In this document: in pieces, positions 56,261 through 64,000 of the stretch
How positions within the stretch are numbered: the first letter of the stretch is position 1
Layout of the letters: every line of letters starts with the position of its first letter
IMG/VR virus record: IMGVR_UViG_3300037634_007228
Span: 1-64,000 of that record
Strand: one strand, 5' to 3'
From: a virus
Lineage: Duplodnaviria; Caudoviricetes
DNA length: 64,000 nt
The notes under the pieces: model-generated
The model's database searches: none
What the model was told of the DNA's origin: nothing
What the model saw: the letters and a program-made list of their open reading frames with translations, nothing else
Made by a program: the position numbers and the translations under genes

Positions 56261-56554
56261 TTAGTCTTCTTCCTTATAATCATTCAGGTTATCGTAAATA
56301 GCGGTGAGTTCGTCAGATGTAATAGTATTGTTTTCTTTGTTCGTCTTCGCCATAAGCGAAGCAACCTTTACCAACTGCTCGTTGGACCGCTGTAAGGTCT
56401 CAAGGTATTTAGCCACGACCATACCAGAACGCCCATGATCGAGCTTGCCAGAATGAATATCTTGGCAAATCTCGTCAAGGGCAGTATTAGTTGCTTCTCT
56501 GTCAGATTCTATATTTTTTAAAGCTTTCTCTAATAAACTTTCAAATTTCGCCAT
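56261..56554 (-). CDS. Hypothetical helical protein (possible terminase small subunit-like)
   Basis: 97 aa, AKYLETLQRSNEQLVKVA; coupled to the sigma gene. Confidence 0.6.
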   Translation of the reverse strand: MAKFESLLEKALKNIESDREATNTALDEICQDIHSGKLDHGRSGMVVAKYLETLQRSNEQLVKVASLMAKTNKENNTITSDELTAIYDNLNDYKEED

Positions 56555-57218
56555 CGTCCCAATCAGCCTTAAATCCTCGATACTTAACTTTCAACTTTCC
56601 AAGCACAGTTGCTATCTGTTTTGTATTGAGGTCTGTGATCTCCCTCATATATAAGTAAATAGCTTTTTTGTTAAAAATTTCGATATCGTTGCTGTGTTCA
56701 AATAGAACTTTAATGGCATTTATTACTTTTATTTCGTTTTCTTTATCTGCCTCAGTATGCCAATCATCCAGAGACTCGCGGAAAAAATGAACAAACTCTG
56801 CTTTTTGACGGTCTTCTTCATAGGGGTTTTGGCTTTTAAGAGCGTCTTCATTAAGATGATAATCGTCTATATTACTCTCGGTTTTTTTCTGTTTGGTGGT
56901 TTTCTTTACCTTGTGTATAAACCAGTTCTTTGTAACGACCGAAAAATAAGAAAAGGCTTTAGAACCTTTGTTTGGATCGTATTTGTCTAGAATCGTTACA
57001 AGCCAAGCTTTACACTCTTCTCTTAAATAATCTATGTTAGGAAGAGTGGTAAACTTGTAAGTATAGATGATCTTATCTACCAACTCATCAAAGGCTGGAT
57101 GAATAAACTGTATATACAACTGTTCTTTTTCAAACCGGTCTGTAATGGCACAGTATTTCACTATGGCATCTTCATGGACCTTGGTAAAATATTTACGCTT
57201 GGTGCGTTTCTTCGGCAT
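56541..57218 (-). CDS. Phage RNA polymerase sigma factor (probable late sigma)
   Basis: Region 2 motif LDKYDPNKGSKAFSYFSVVTKNWF; C-terminal HTH-like IYLYMREITDLNTKQIATVL. Confidence 0.78.
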   Translation of the reverse strand: MPKKRTKRKYFTKVHEDAIVKYCAITDRFEKEQLYIQFIHPAFDELVDKIIYTYKFTTLPNIDYLREECKAWLVTILDKYDPNKGSKAFSYFSVVTKNWFIHKVKKTTKQKKTESNIDDYHLNEDALKSQNPYEEDRQKAEFVHFFRESLDDWHTEADKENEIKVINAIKVLFEHSNDIEIFNKKAIYLYMREITDLNTKQIATVLGKLKVKYRGFKADWDDGEI

Positions 57219-57495
57219 CGAGTTCTCCAGTTAATTCACGCTGCATATCAAGAACGGTCTTGAGGCTTTCATTAAGTTGATTGCTCATTTTTACAAAAGC
57301 TTCTATCGTAGAATCGCCATAGTAAGTCTCGTTAGTGTTTAGTGTTTTCACAAGATCATCATAGTCTTCTACAAGAAAATATATCTCTGCCAATCGAACT
57401 TGAATGTTGTTCAAGGTTTGAAACATATTACGAAGAAGATGAATCGAAAGCAGCAGCGCTGCTACCAAAATTATAATTATTATCCATTCAATCAT
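57193..57495 (-). CDS. Membrane-anchored coiled-coil protein
   Basis: N-terminal WIIIIILVAALLLSI TM helix. Confidence 0.68.
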   Translation of the reverse strand: MIEWIIIIILVAALLLSIHLLRNMFQTLNNIQVRLAEIYFLVEDYDDLVKTLNTNETYYGDSTIEAFVKMSNQLNESLKTVLDMQRELTGELDAEETHQA

Positions 57496-57760
57496 CTGCC
57501 GTAAACTCGGTAGTGCGAGCCTCCTTTTTCATTTGCTTAAGTATCTCTCTGTTTTCTTCAATACCCTTTTTTGTTTCATCCCCCACTTTGGGTTTGGAAA
57601 AAAAAACCTCGTTAGACATGGTTGTAAAGGGCTGCGGAATTTTTTCAAAATCCGCAATCCTCCTAGCGCAGACACACTCCGTGCGCTCCTCGGACATAGA
57701 GTGCCACTCTTCCCATTCTTTGTGGCACCAGTTGCAGCGATAATAATATTTAGGCATCAT
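57488..57760 (-). CDS. FmdB-family zinc ribbon protein
   Basis: MPKYYYRCNWC...SMSE..ECVC. Confidence 0.8.
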   Translation of the reverse strand: MMPKYYYRCNWCHKEWEEWHSMSEERTECVCARRIADFEKIPQPFTTMSNEVFFSKPKVGDETKKGIEENREILKQMKKEARTTEFTADD

Positions 57761-57929
57761 TATCTTCTATGTTTATTTCAAAGGAGGGCGGGTTTTCAAC
57801 ACCAAGTTCCCCCTCATCTGTTGCATAAAAATCAAACTCCTTGAGGAGAGATGTAATATCTGTTTGTTCTAATATGCCCTTTTGCAAAGCGAGCATCATC
57901 GCGCCCATCGCTTGATTTGATAGCTTCAT
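57750..57929 (-). CDS. Small hypothetical protein (59 aa; below ORF-track cutoff)
   Basis: MKLSNQAMGAMMLALQKGILEQTDITSLLKEFDF...VENPP..; ATGA overlap with the upstream stop; fills the gap exactly. Confidence 0.7.
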   Translation of the reverse strand: MKLSNQAMGAMMLALQKGILEQTDITSLLKEFDFYATDEGELGVENPPSFEINIEDNDA

Positions 57930-58933
57930 TGTGTTTCCTCCACTTGTTGATTAATCCACTTATATGTTTTTTCCATTCCCTCTCGCAAAGGTTGAGAGTA
58001 ATCCCAACCAAGTTTTTCCCGAACCAGCGTATTATCACTATTTCTTCCGAGGACGCCGATCGGACAAGGGAAGCCGTATTTCTCTTTAAACTCGTCGCCG
58101 TCGATATTGTGTATTTTAGCAGTCTTGCCAGAGATATCAAGTGCCATCTGGGCAAAAGAATTTATTGCAATCATCTCCTCGGAACCAATATTAACTGGAC
58201 CTTCAAAGTCGGGGCTATCCATTAGGCGGCGGGTGGCTTCGATACACTCGTCAATATACAGAAATGAACGAGTTTGTTTACCGTTACCCCACACCTCGAT
58301 CTCTCCATCATCTGACGCCAGCAAAGCCTTTCGACAAAATGCAGCAGGGGCTTTCTCTCTGCCGCCGTCCCACGTTCCCTCTGGACCAAAAATATTATGG
58401 TAGCGTGCTACTCGGACAGTCAAGCCATAATTTCTAGCAAAGGCAAACCACAGCCGCTCACTAAACAATTTCTCCCAGCCATATTCTGAATCGGGTTGGG
58501 CTGGATACGCAGAATCCTCTGTACAATTTGGATTGTCAGGGTCCATTTGATTATGTTTGGGGTACATACAAGCAGAAGATGAATAAAGCACGCGATTTAC
58601 CCCCTTCTTGACGCACTGCTCGGCAATGTTGAGGTTAATCATGGCAGAGTTGTGCATAATGTCAGCGTCATTTTCACCAGTAAAAACAAAACCTGCGCCG
58701 CCCATGTCAGCAGCAAACTGATAAATCTCGTCTAGATCTTCTGTCACTACTTGGTCGCATACCCGTGGATCTCGGAGGTCGCCGACAATAAACTCATCTG
58801 CTACTCCATAGGCGTTGAAATATTCATGCTCTTTCAAATCCACGCCTCGGACCCAGTGTCCTTCGCTTTTTAATCTTTTTATCATTGCGCCACCGATGAA
58901 TCCACCGGCTCCACATACTAGTATTTTTTTCAT
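57926..58933 (-). CDS. NAD-dependent epimerase, GDP-mannose 3,5-epimerase-like
   Basis: GAGGFIG, FAADMGGAGF, YSSSACMYP, PDSEYGWEKLFSE, GGREKAPAAFCRK. Confidence 0.9.
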   Translation of the reverse strand: MKKILVCGAGGFIGGAMIKRLKSEGHWVRGVDLKEHEYFNAYGVADEFIVGDLRDPRVCDQVVTEDLDEIYQFAADMGGAGFVFTGENDADIMHNSAMINLNIAEQCVKKGVNRVLYSSSACMYPKHNQMDPDNPNCTEDSAYPAQPDSEYGWEKLFSERLWFAFARNYGLTVRVARYHNIFGPEGTWDGGREKAPAAFCRKALLASDDGEIEVWGNGKQTRSFLYIDECIEATRRLMDSPDFEGPVNIGSEEMIAINSFAQMALDISGKTAKIHNIDGDEFKEKYGFPCPIGVLGRNSDNTLVREKLGWDYSQPLREGMEKTYKWINQQVEETQ

Positions 58934-59703
58934 AGTTTAAATTCCCTTGGTATAAAACACACTGGCGGTAAAAGCAATTTATGTCTACTGCCAGTATGTC
59001 TTTTTTCATAAATGTCTAATATCTCTTGTTGTCGAAAAGTCAACTGATCTTTATTATGCCCGACTTCATCATAATATTTAAGCGCCCATTCCAATTCTTT
59101 GTATGTCGCGCCGATCTGTTCTTCGTCAGATCGATTGTCACCCCACAAACCATCCGTTGGGGCGGCTTCTTGAATCGATTGAGGCACCCCCAAAAAGTTC
59201 GCCAAAGCATACACCTCTGTTTTTAACAAATCAGCTATGGGGCTTATATCAACGCCACCGTCGCCATATTTAGTGAAAAACCCAATGCCGTAATCTTCGA
59301 CCTTATTTCCAGTTCCGGCAACTAAATAATTTTTAGTGTTAGCAATCGAATAAAGAGTTACCATGCGAATTCGTGATGCAGAGTTTGCATAGCCAAGTAA
59401 ACTTACATAATCGGGGGTTGCCGCGACAAATGAATTGAACACATCGCTTAAATCAATTATTTCTGATTCCACATTATCAAAATTGTTTTTAAGCCAGTTG
59501 GCTTGTTCGTTTGATCGATTATATTGCCCGACCTCTTGATTAATTGGCATATTTAAAGCAATAACGGGCATTCGGGTTCTCGCCGCCAAAGTAGAAGTCA
59601 CAGCAGAATCAATACCCCCCGAAATGCCAACAACGAAGCCATCACACTGTGCCGCCTGAACTGTTTCTAACAACCACCCAACAATATAATCAACCACTTT
59701 CAT
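58930..59703 (-). CDS. nadE: NH3-dependent NAD+ synthetase
   Basis: GISGGIDS, RIRMVTLY, GTGNKVED, FFTKYGDGGVDISPIADLLKTEV, PTDGLW, DEEQIG, HK..PP. Confidence 0.93.
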   Translation of the reverse strand: MKVVDYIVGWLLETVQAAQCDGFVVGISGGIDSAVTSTLAARTRMPVIALNMPINQEVGQYNRSNEQANWLKNNFDNVESEIIDLSDVFNSFVAATPDYVSLLGYANSASRIRMVTLYSIANTKNYLVAGTGNKVEDYGIGFFTKYGDGGVDISPIADLLKTEVYALANFLGVPQSIQEAAPTDGLWGDNRSDEEQIGATYKELEWALKYYDEVGHNKDQLTFRQQEILDIYEKRHTGSRHKLLLPPVCFIPREFKL

Positions 59704-59707
59704 GCTT

Positions 59708-60658
59708 TCACCAAACAAAATTTTCCTTGTAAAACTTTACTATTTCTCCAAGATCATCATCAAACTTCCGATGTGGTTTCCAGCCCAAACTTCTTAACTT
59801 AGAATCATCCAGCGCATATCTAACATCTTGTCCTTGGCGAACAACAGAAAAATCTATAAGTTGTTTCCAGTTATCATCGCTTCCAAAATACAACTTAATA
59901 ATTTTGTGAACCGTTTCAACATTCTTTTGTTCGAAGCCGCCAGACACATTATAAATCTCATTGACGTTGCCCGAATCAATAATTGTCATCACTGCTTCCG
60001 CAGTATCGTCTGCGTGCAACCAATTTCGAATAGGCTCGCCTCGATTATGTAAGCGTATTTTTACGCCGCGATTTAAATTCTTAATAGCCAGCGGTACAAG
60101 CTTTTCAGGATATTGTCCAATCCCGTAGTTGTTGGTGGGTCGCAAAATAATGTACTCCACATCATAGGTTCTGCTCCACGCCAACACAAACATATCAGCG
60201 GCGGCTTTGGCGGCTGAATAGGGGTTGCTCGGCTTCAGAAGATCCTGTTCTGTGTGTGCATTTTCCTCGATGTCTCCGTATACCTCGTCTGTGCTAAAAT
60301 GAAAAAAGATGGGTCTTTTAGTAATATTGGTCGGTTTGTATCTAATGAGTTCTAATAGGTTTTTTACACCAACAATATTACTGTTTACAAATACATCGCT
60401 TTGAATGATGCTATTTCCCACATGCGATTCCGCAGCCATGTTTATAACATAATCACAATCATACAAATGTTTTAAATCTTTAATGTCCGCAGCTTCGAAA
60501 GAAAAGTTTTCAAAATTTTCGAATTCCTTAAGTAAATGTAAGTTAGCAACGTATGTGCATTTATCAACACCACGAACGCGCCATCCCCTTTGCAGACATT
60601 TTCTAGTAACATAAGAACCCATGAATCCAAGACAACCCGTTATATAGACAATTTTCAT
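59708..60658 (-). CDS. rmlB: dTDP-glucose 4,6-dehydratase-like SDR
   Basis: TGCLGFMG, DKCTY, AAESHV, STDEVYG, PSNPYSAAKA, PTNNYG.GQYPEKL, RQGQDVRYALD. Confidence 0.85.
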   Translation of the reverse strand: MKIVYITGCLGFMGSYVTRKCLQRGWRVRGVDKCTYVANLHLLKEFENFENFSFEAADIKDLKHLYDCDYVINMAAESHVGNSIIQSDVFVNSNIVGVKNLLELIRYKPTNITKRPIFFHFSTDEVYGDIEENAHTEQDLLKPSNPYSAAKAAADMFVLAWSRTYDVEYIILRPTNNYGIGQYPEKLVPLAIKNLNRGVKIRLHNRGEPIRNWLHADDTAEAVMTIIDSGNVNEIYNVSGGFEQKNVETVHKIIKLYFGSDDNWKQLIDFSVVRQGQDVRYALDDSKLRSLGWKPHRKFDDDLGEIVKFYKENFVW

Positions 60659-61515
60659 TTTTTTAAAACCTCATAAACATTTTTAATGCCCGTCTGCACC
60701 CCACAGAAATCCAAACTGAGCTTGGCTAATTTTTGATGACAACCCGTAACAGGGAGTGCATGACCAGTATTCTGCACAAGAATCTGAGAACTTTTATTTG
60801 ACAAGTCGTTGATCATCTGGGCTACGTCCAACAACGTCAGCTTGTGTTCATGACACATATTATAATCCTTGTTGCCAAATTTTTTATAGTTTCTCAAAGC
60901 GTGTGAAACAACCTTTAAAATATCATAGGAGTACATAAAGTCCATATATCGGTTTTGAAAAATGACCAGCGGTTCGCCTTTTAAATATTTCAATATATTC
61001 CCTTTCACCATTCGATCATCTGCTTCGTTTTCGCTGAAACAAATAAAGATCCGCAAATTCAAAAAATTTGAATAACGCTGCAATCCAGAGCGGCAAATGA
61101 TATTTTTAGCCAGCCCATAAAAATCCTTTGGAAGACGACGGAAAACGTCGCTCTCCTTCAGAAAATGAATTTCTTTGGTGCGGTCATAAGAAGACGAACT
61201 GTCGAAATTAACAAAAAGCTTTAATGTGTCAATGTGAGGTGACAAATGATGCCACATCAAAAGATTCTCATAAAAATCTTCATAAGTGTCGATATGTGTT
61301 CTCCTGCCAACTTTGATTGCGGTATGTAAAACAAACTCTACTTTCTCGCTTTTAAAAAAATTATCCACATCGGATTGATTGGTCAAGTCAAGTTCTTCTC
61401 TTCCCAAATAAAATATTTTTTGTCCGAGCAAACTATTTCCAAAATACGCTTGCATATCCCTCGATAAACTACCATTTTTTCCTGTAACCAAAATGCTCAT
61501 CTCATTTTGTTCCAT
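60655..61515 (-). CDS. NAD-dependent epimerase/reductase (extended SDR, degenerate)
   Basis: ILVTGKNGSL, FYGLAK (YxxxK), LRIF, RYMDFMYSYD. Confidence 0.75.
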   Translation of the reverse strand: MEQNEMSILVTGKNGSLSRDMQAYFGNSLLGQKIFYLGREELDLTNQSDVDNFFKSEKVEFVLHTAIKVGRRTHIDTYEDFYENLLMWHHLSPHIDTLKLFVNFDSSSSYDRTKEIHFLKESDVFRRLPKDFYGLAKNIICRSGLQRYSNFLNLRIFICFSENEADDRMVKGNILKYLKGEPLVIFQNRYMDFMYSYDILKVVSHALRNYKKFGNKDYNMCHEHKLTLLDVAQMINDLSNKSSQILVQNTGHALPVTGCHQKLAKLSLDFCGVQTGIKNVYEVLKK

Positions 61516-61925
61516 GCAAGCGGGTAATCTGTGCAGATCCCCGCAGCGTTTTTTGATATTTGAAATGGCTTACCACACTCTACAACAATCCCATTTTCCA
61601 CAATCACGCCCGCATGACACCAAACAACTCCTTTGCTAGTAAGAGTAATTTTGTCTTCTTGGTGCCAAAACCAATTAAAGGCGGTTCGACTCATTTCTTC
61701 TACTGCTTCTAAATTTTTACAATGAACCCACATCTTTTCATTAAAAAAATTATCATCAACAAAATAAGTTGGTTTATCATGTCCTAAAAAATATTTATCG
61801 TCAACGCGCCACACGTCTATTTCTACTTCAAACCCCCGTCTTAAAGCCTCTCCAATATATAAAGGATGGTTCTCTTTTTCTGGAAGGGCACCACATAAGT
61901 TCCCACGATGTGAAATAATTTTCAT
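61497..61925 (-). CDS. Glycerophosphodiester phosphodiesterase/PI-PLC-like small protein
   Basis: IISHRGN, VEIDVW, LGHD, WVHCKN, GICTD; start 61925 with SD GGAGGAG. Confidence 0.78.
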   Translation of the reverse strand: MKIISHRGNLCGALPEKENHPLYIGEALRRGFEVEIDVWRVDDKYFLGHDKPTYFVDDNFFNEKMWVHCKNLEAVEEMSRTAFNWFWHQEDKITLTSKGVVWCHAGVIVENGIVVECGKPFQISKNAAGICTDYPLAWNKMR

Positions 61926-62635
61926 TAATTCAACTCCTCCAGCCAACTTGTTGTCAGTGTCGCTGCGTTGTCGGTAGCGATTTTTATATCATTCTTTAAT
62001 AACAACTCTCTTATAAAAAATGCAGCAAAAACATCACCTGACCCGTTAACATTTACATTATCCAAAGTATTCACAGATGCCGAATGAATAGTTTCCCCAT
62101 TTATTATGCATTCGCAACCCCTTGCATCATGAAAAACAATTGGGGTGTCGATAATAATGTTTTTATACAAATATTTGCGCTCCCTAGAATCAAACACCAG
62201 CGTACTCTGTTTCATAATATTTTTGTATAATTCTCGATCAGAAGTTGTACAAAAATCCAGACTTATCTTAGTCTTAAAAAACTCTTTTGTTAATAAATTG
62301 GGTGGAATATCATCAACATATGCAATATGAAGCCAATCATGTTTATCAAAGTCTACTTTTATGGGCGGTGGCACACCCACATCAACAGTGAAAGACGAAC
62401 GCCGGGAGGGGATAATCTCGGAAATAATAGTGGCTTCTTTAATACCTTGTTCATAACAACAAAATTCGAATCCGGTAACTCCAGAGTTAACAATATTATA
62501 AAAACCCCCAAGGGTGCTTCTTTTCTTTTTTACAGGAGTGGTTTCACCTAAAAAAATCGCATCTACATACAAAATAGTATCTATGTATTTTTTGCCTATT
62601 AAGCCCATTCTAATTGTGGAAATGTTTTCTGGCAT
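61925..62635 (-). CDS. PfkB/ribokinase-family sugar kinase
   Basis: C-terminal NVNGSGDVFAA (GxGD anion hole) motif. Confidence 0.68.
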   Translation of the reverse strand: MPENISTIRMGLIGKKYIDTILYVDAIFLGETTPVKKKRSTLGGFYNIVNSGVTGFEFCCYEQGIKEATIISEIIPSRRSSFTVDVGVPPPIKVDFDKHDWLHIAYVDDIPPNLLTKEFFKTKISLDFCTTSDRELYKNIMKQSTLVFDSRERKYLYKNIIIDTPIVFHDARGCECIINGETIHSASVNTLDNVNVNGSGDVFAAFFIRELLLKNDIKIATDNAATLTTSWLEELN

Positions 62636-62641
62636 CTGACC

Positions 62642-62965
62642 TTATGATGCTCCATGTTTATCATTTGGATCAGAAGAATCCCGCACTACGATTAATTCAG
62701 TATCCTCTAAAAATTGCGCCTCAGACACAACATATGGCTCAAAAACAAAAATATCCCCTTCAGACAAGTGCCGCTTATTAACAATCATTGCGCCGCGAAT
62801 AATAACATTAATCTCGGTACTATTTTTGTGATAATGGTTATAAGTTTCATCATCCTTAGAATGACAATGATAACCAACTTCGAATTGGGGGGTTCGCAAT
62901 ACAGAAGGCACGAAAGCCCCCACAAACCACCCACCTTTCATGTCTTCAAACTTGTATACCTTCAT
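62642..62965 (-). CDS. Cupin-fold protein
   Basis: MKGGWFVGAF, HYHKNSTEINVIIRG; start moved to 62965 (SD AGGGGT). Confidence 0.75.
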   Translation of the reverse strand: MKVYKFEDMKGGWFVGAFVPSVLRTPQFEVGYHCHSKDDETYNHYHKNSTEINVIIRGAMIVNKRHLSEGDIFVFEPYVVSEAQFLEDTELIVVRDSSDPNDKHGAS

Positions 62966-64000
62966 TTTCCAACCCCTGAATCCGAACCTGATGACGACCA
63001 CCATCAAATGTATTATTTAACAAAATTTCAACCACTTGTTGCACCAACGAAGATTCCATATACAAGCGCTGTGGAAAACTGAAAAAGTTTGCACAATTAT
63101 GACGGACTGCCATTTCGGCAGAAGACGCATCATAAATCAACGCCGAGCGGATACCGATAAATTTATTAGCACACATGTTTACACCCTGACCTGACCGGCA
63201 AAAGCCAAAAATAAAATCACACACGCCATCACGTTTTGCCGTGACCGCCTGTTCAATAAAATACTTATAATCACAATCACTAGACAATGCAGTTCCATAG
63301 TCTATAAAATCAACTTCTCTTTTTTGTAATTCCCTTTTAAACAGTTCTTTGACTAGATAGCCCGAATGATCCGCACAGAGCGCAATAGGCTTTTGACCCA
63401 TTTTTTTAATAACGTTGTTTTTATAAAATTCAAATTCTTGGGGAGTTCCAAAAATGTGCATTTTTTCTACAGGTAGTGTTTTAACGAGCATATTTTTTTC
63501 AATCAAAAGATTATATAAAGGAGAAACATAAAATTCGTTGTTCGTGCGTAAATTTCGTTTAATCATTTCCTCGGCATTTCGACAAAACAAGGAACCACTT
63601 TTAAAATAATAAATACCCACACACGCCTGTTTACTAATCACCTTCTTTTCCGCAGTCTGACACACGAAGCCCCGCGCATCAACTTGAGCATAACTATAAT
63701 TGGACGAATTGGATTTGAAAGTTAAAAGAAGTCCATCAATATTCATTTCATGAATTGCTTGAGGCTCAACTCTTGGAAAAAATTCAATATCTAAAGTATG
63801 AATAAAAAGCGGCAGTTCATTGTCGATAAATTCTTGTGCCAACAAACAACTACACACAGAACCCTCTGTTAAGCCATCTGTAACCACAATCTGAACTTCT
63901 TCTCCATATTTGGATTTCAATATCTTATCAATATTATAATTGGATACTTGATCATCGCGAACCACAAAAATCAAATTACAATCATCAACATTAAAACAGT
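62946..64000 (-). CDS. BcbE-like nucleotidyltransferase fused to RpiB/LacAB sugar-phosphate isomerase (5' truncated by window)
   Basis: Frame open to the window end; TEGSVCSCLLA, SNYSYA, EKKVIS..ACVGIYYF, NEFYVSPLYN, FGTP; then ALCADHSG, FCRSGQG..MCANK..IRSAL, RHNCAN, FDGGRH. Confidence 0.85.
   Translation of the reverse strand, partial: CFNVDDCNLIFVVRDDQVSNYNIDKILKSKYGEEVQIVVTDGLTEGSVCSCLLAQEFIDNELPLFIHTLDIEFFPRVEPQAIHEMNIDGLLLTFKSNSSNYSYAQVDARGFVCQTAEKKVISKQACVGIYYFKSGSLFCRNAEEMIKRNLRTNNEFYVSPLYNLLIEKNMLVKTLPVEKMHIFGTPQEFEFYKNNVIKKMGQKPIALCADHSGYLVKELFKRELQKREVDFIDYGTALSSDCDYKYFIEQAVTAKRDGVCDFIFGFCRSGQGVNMCANKFIGIRSALIYDASSAEMAVRHNCANFFSFPQRLYMESSLVQQVVEILLNNTFDGGRHQVRIQGLENEGIQV

Noticed and set aside
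5850-56663. CTATTTA matches deep inside coding regions (e.g. 5850, 13019, 19975, 38731, 39605, 56655)
   Set aside because: Explained by common codon strings such as A/T-I-Y, S-Y-L and L-F-I, and far from start codons; not counted as promoters
57804-57819. Near-identity of AAGTTCCCC(C)TCATCT with 1078-1092
   Set aside because: Short match lying inside the 59 aa coding frame (TDEGEL); consistent with chance
58930-59703. Assigning the host as Bacteroidota from NadE resemblance
   Set aside because: From memory, similar NadE sequences occur in both Flavobacteria and SAR11-type Alphaproteobacteria; a phylogeny is needed
33-63082. Numerous plus-strand ORFs of 60-165 aa in the track
   Set aside because: All are antisense shadows of long minus-strand genes with recognisable motifs; they have no SDs or family signatures
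1-64000. Alternative genetic code (stop codon reassignment seen in some jumbo phages)
   Set aside because: Code 11 already gives near-complete coding density, and TAA, TAG and TGA all end genes at sensible overlaps
1-64000. tRNA genes, CRISPR arrays, introns/inteins, DGR, transposases or integrase
   Set aside because: Intergenic gaps are almost all under 100 nt with no cloverleaf or repeat-spacer pattern; TerL, portal and primase are normal length; no RT, transposase or integrase motifs seen

Overview
This window comes from a large lytic T4-like myovirus (contractile-tailed Caudoviricetes). Essentially all real genes are on the minus strand, tightly packed and in standard genetic code; the plus-strand ORFs are shadows. 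In transcription order (right to left) it carries: (1) a nucleotide-sugar/NAD cluster with a BcbE-like nucleotidyltransferase-RpiB fusion (cut by the window edge), cupin, PfkB kinase, GDPD-like protein, two SDR epimerases/dehydratases, NadE and a GDP-mannose-epimerase-like enzyme; (2) an FmdB zinc ribbon and a phage sigma factor; (3) a baseplate/tail block with an M15-peptidase gp5-like protein, spike-like protein, gp25, gp6, two DNRLRE-like paralogues, a ~2850 aa LamG-type protein and other virion proteins; (4) a RuvC-primase-fused Mre11/Rad50 island; (5) a putative lysis cassette; (6) the head module with TerL, portal, protease, phage ribosomal protein bS21, scaffold and major capsid; (7) neck, sheath, tube, tail chaperone and the start of the tape measure gene. 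The most notable observations are: an unannotated out-of-frame extension of the tail chaperone behind a hairpin+T7 site (candidate programmed +1/-2 recoding); an SD-less bS21 gene lacking the aromatic residue that hides the anti-SD in Bacteroidota, directly upstream of capsid genes with near-perfect SD sites; a recurrent late-promoter-like motif CTAWTTA that is the reverse complement of the T4 late promoter; and a glycan pathway next to tail proteins rich in [ST]-G-[ST] motifs. All family assignments come from motif recognition and synteny; no database searches were run.
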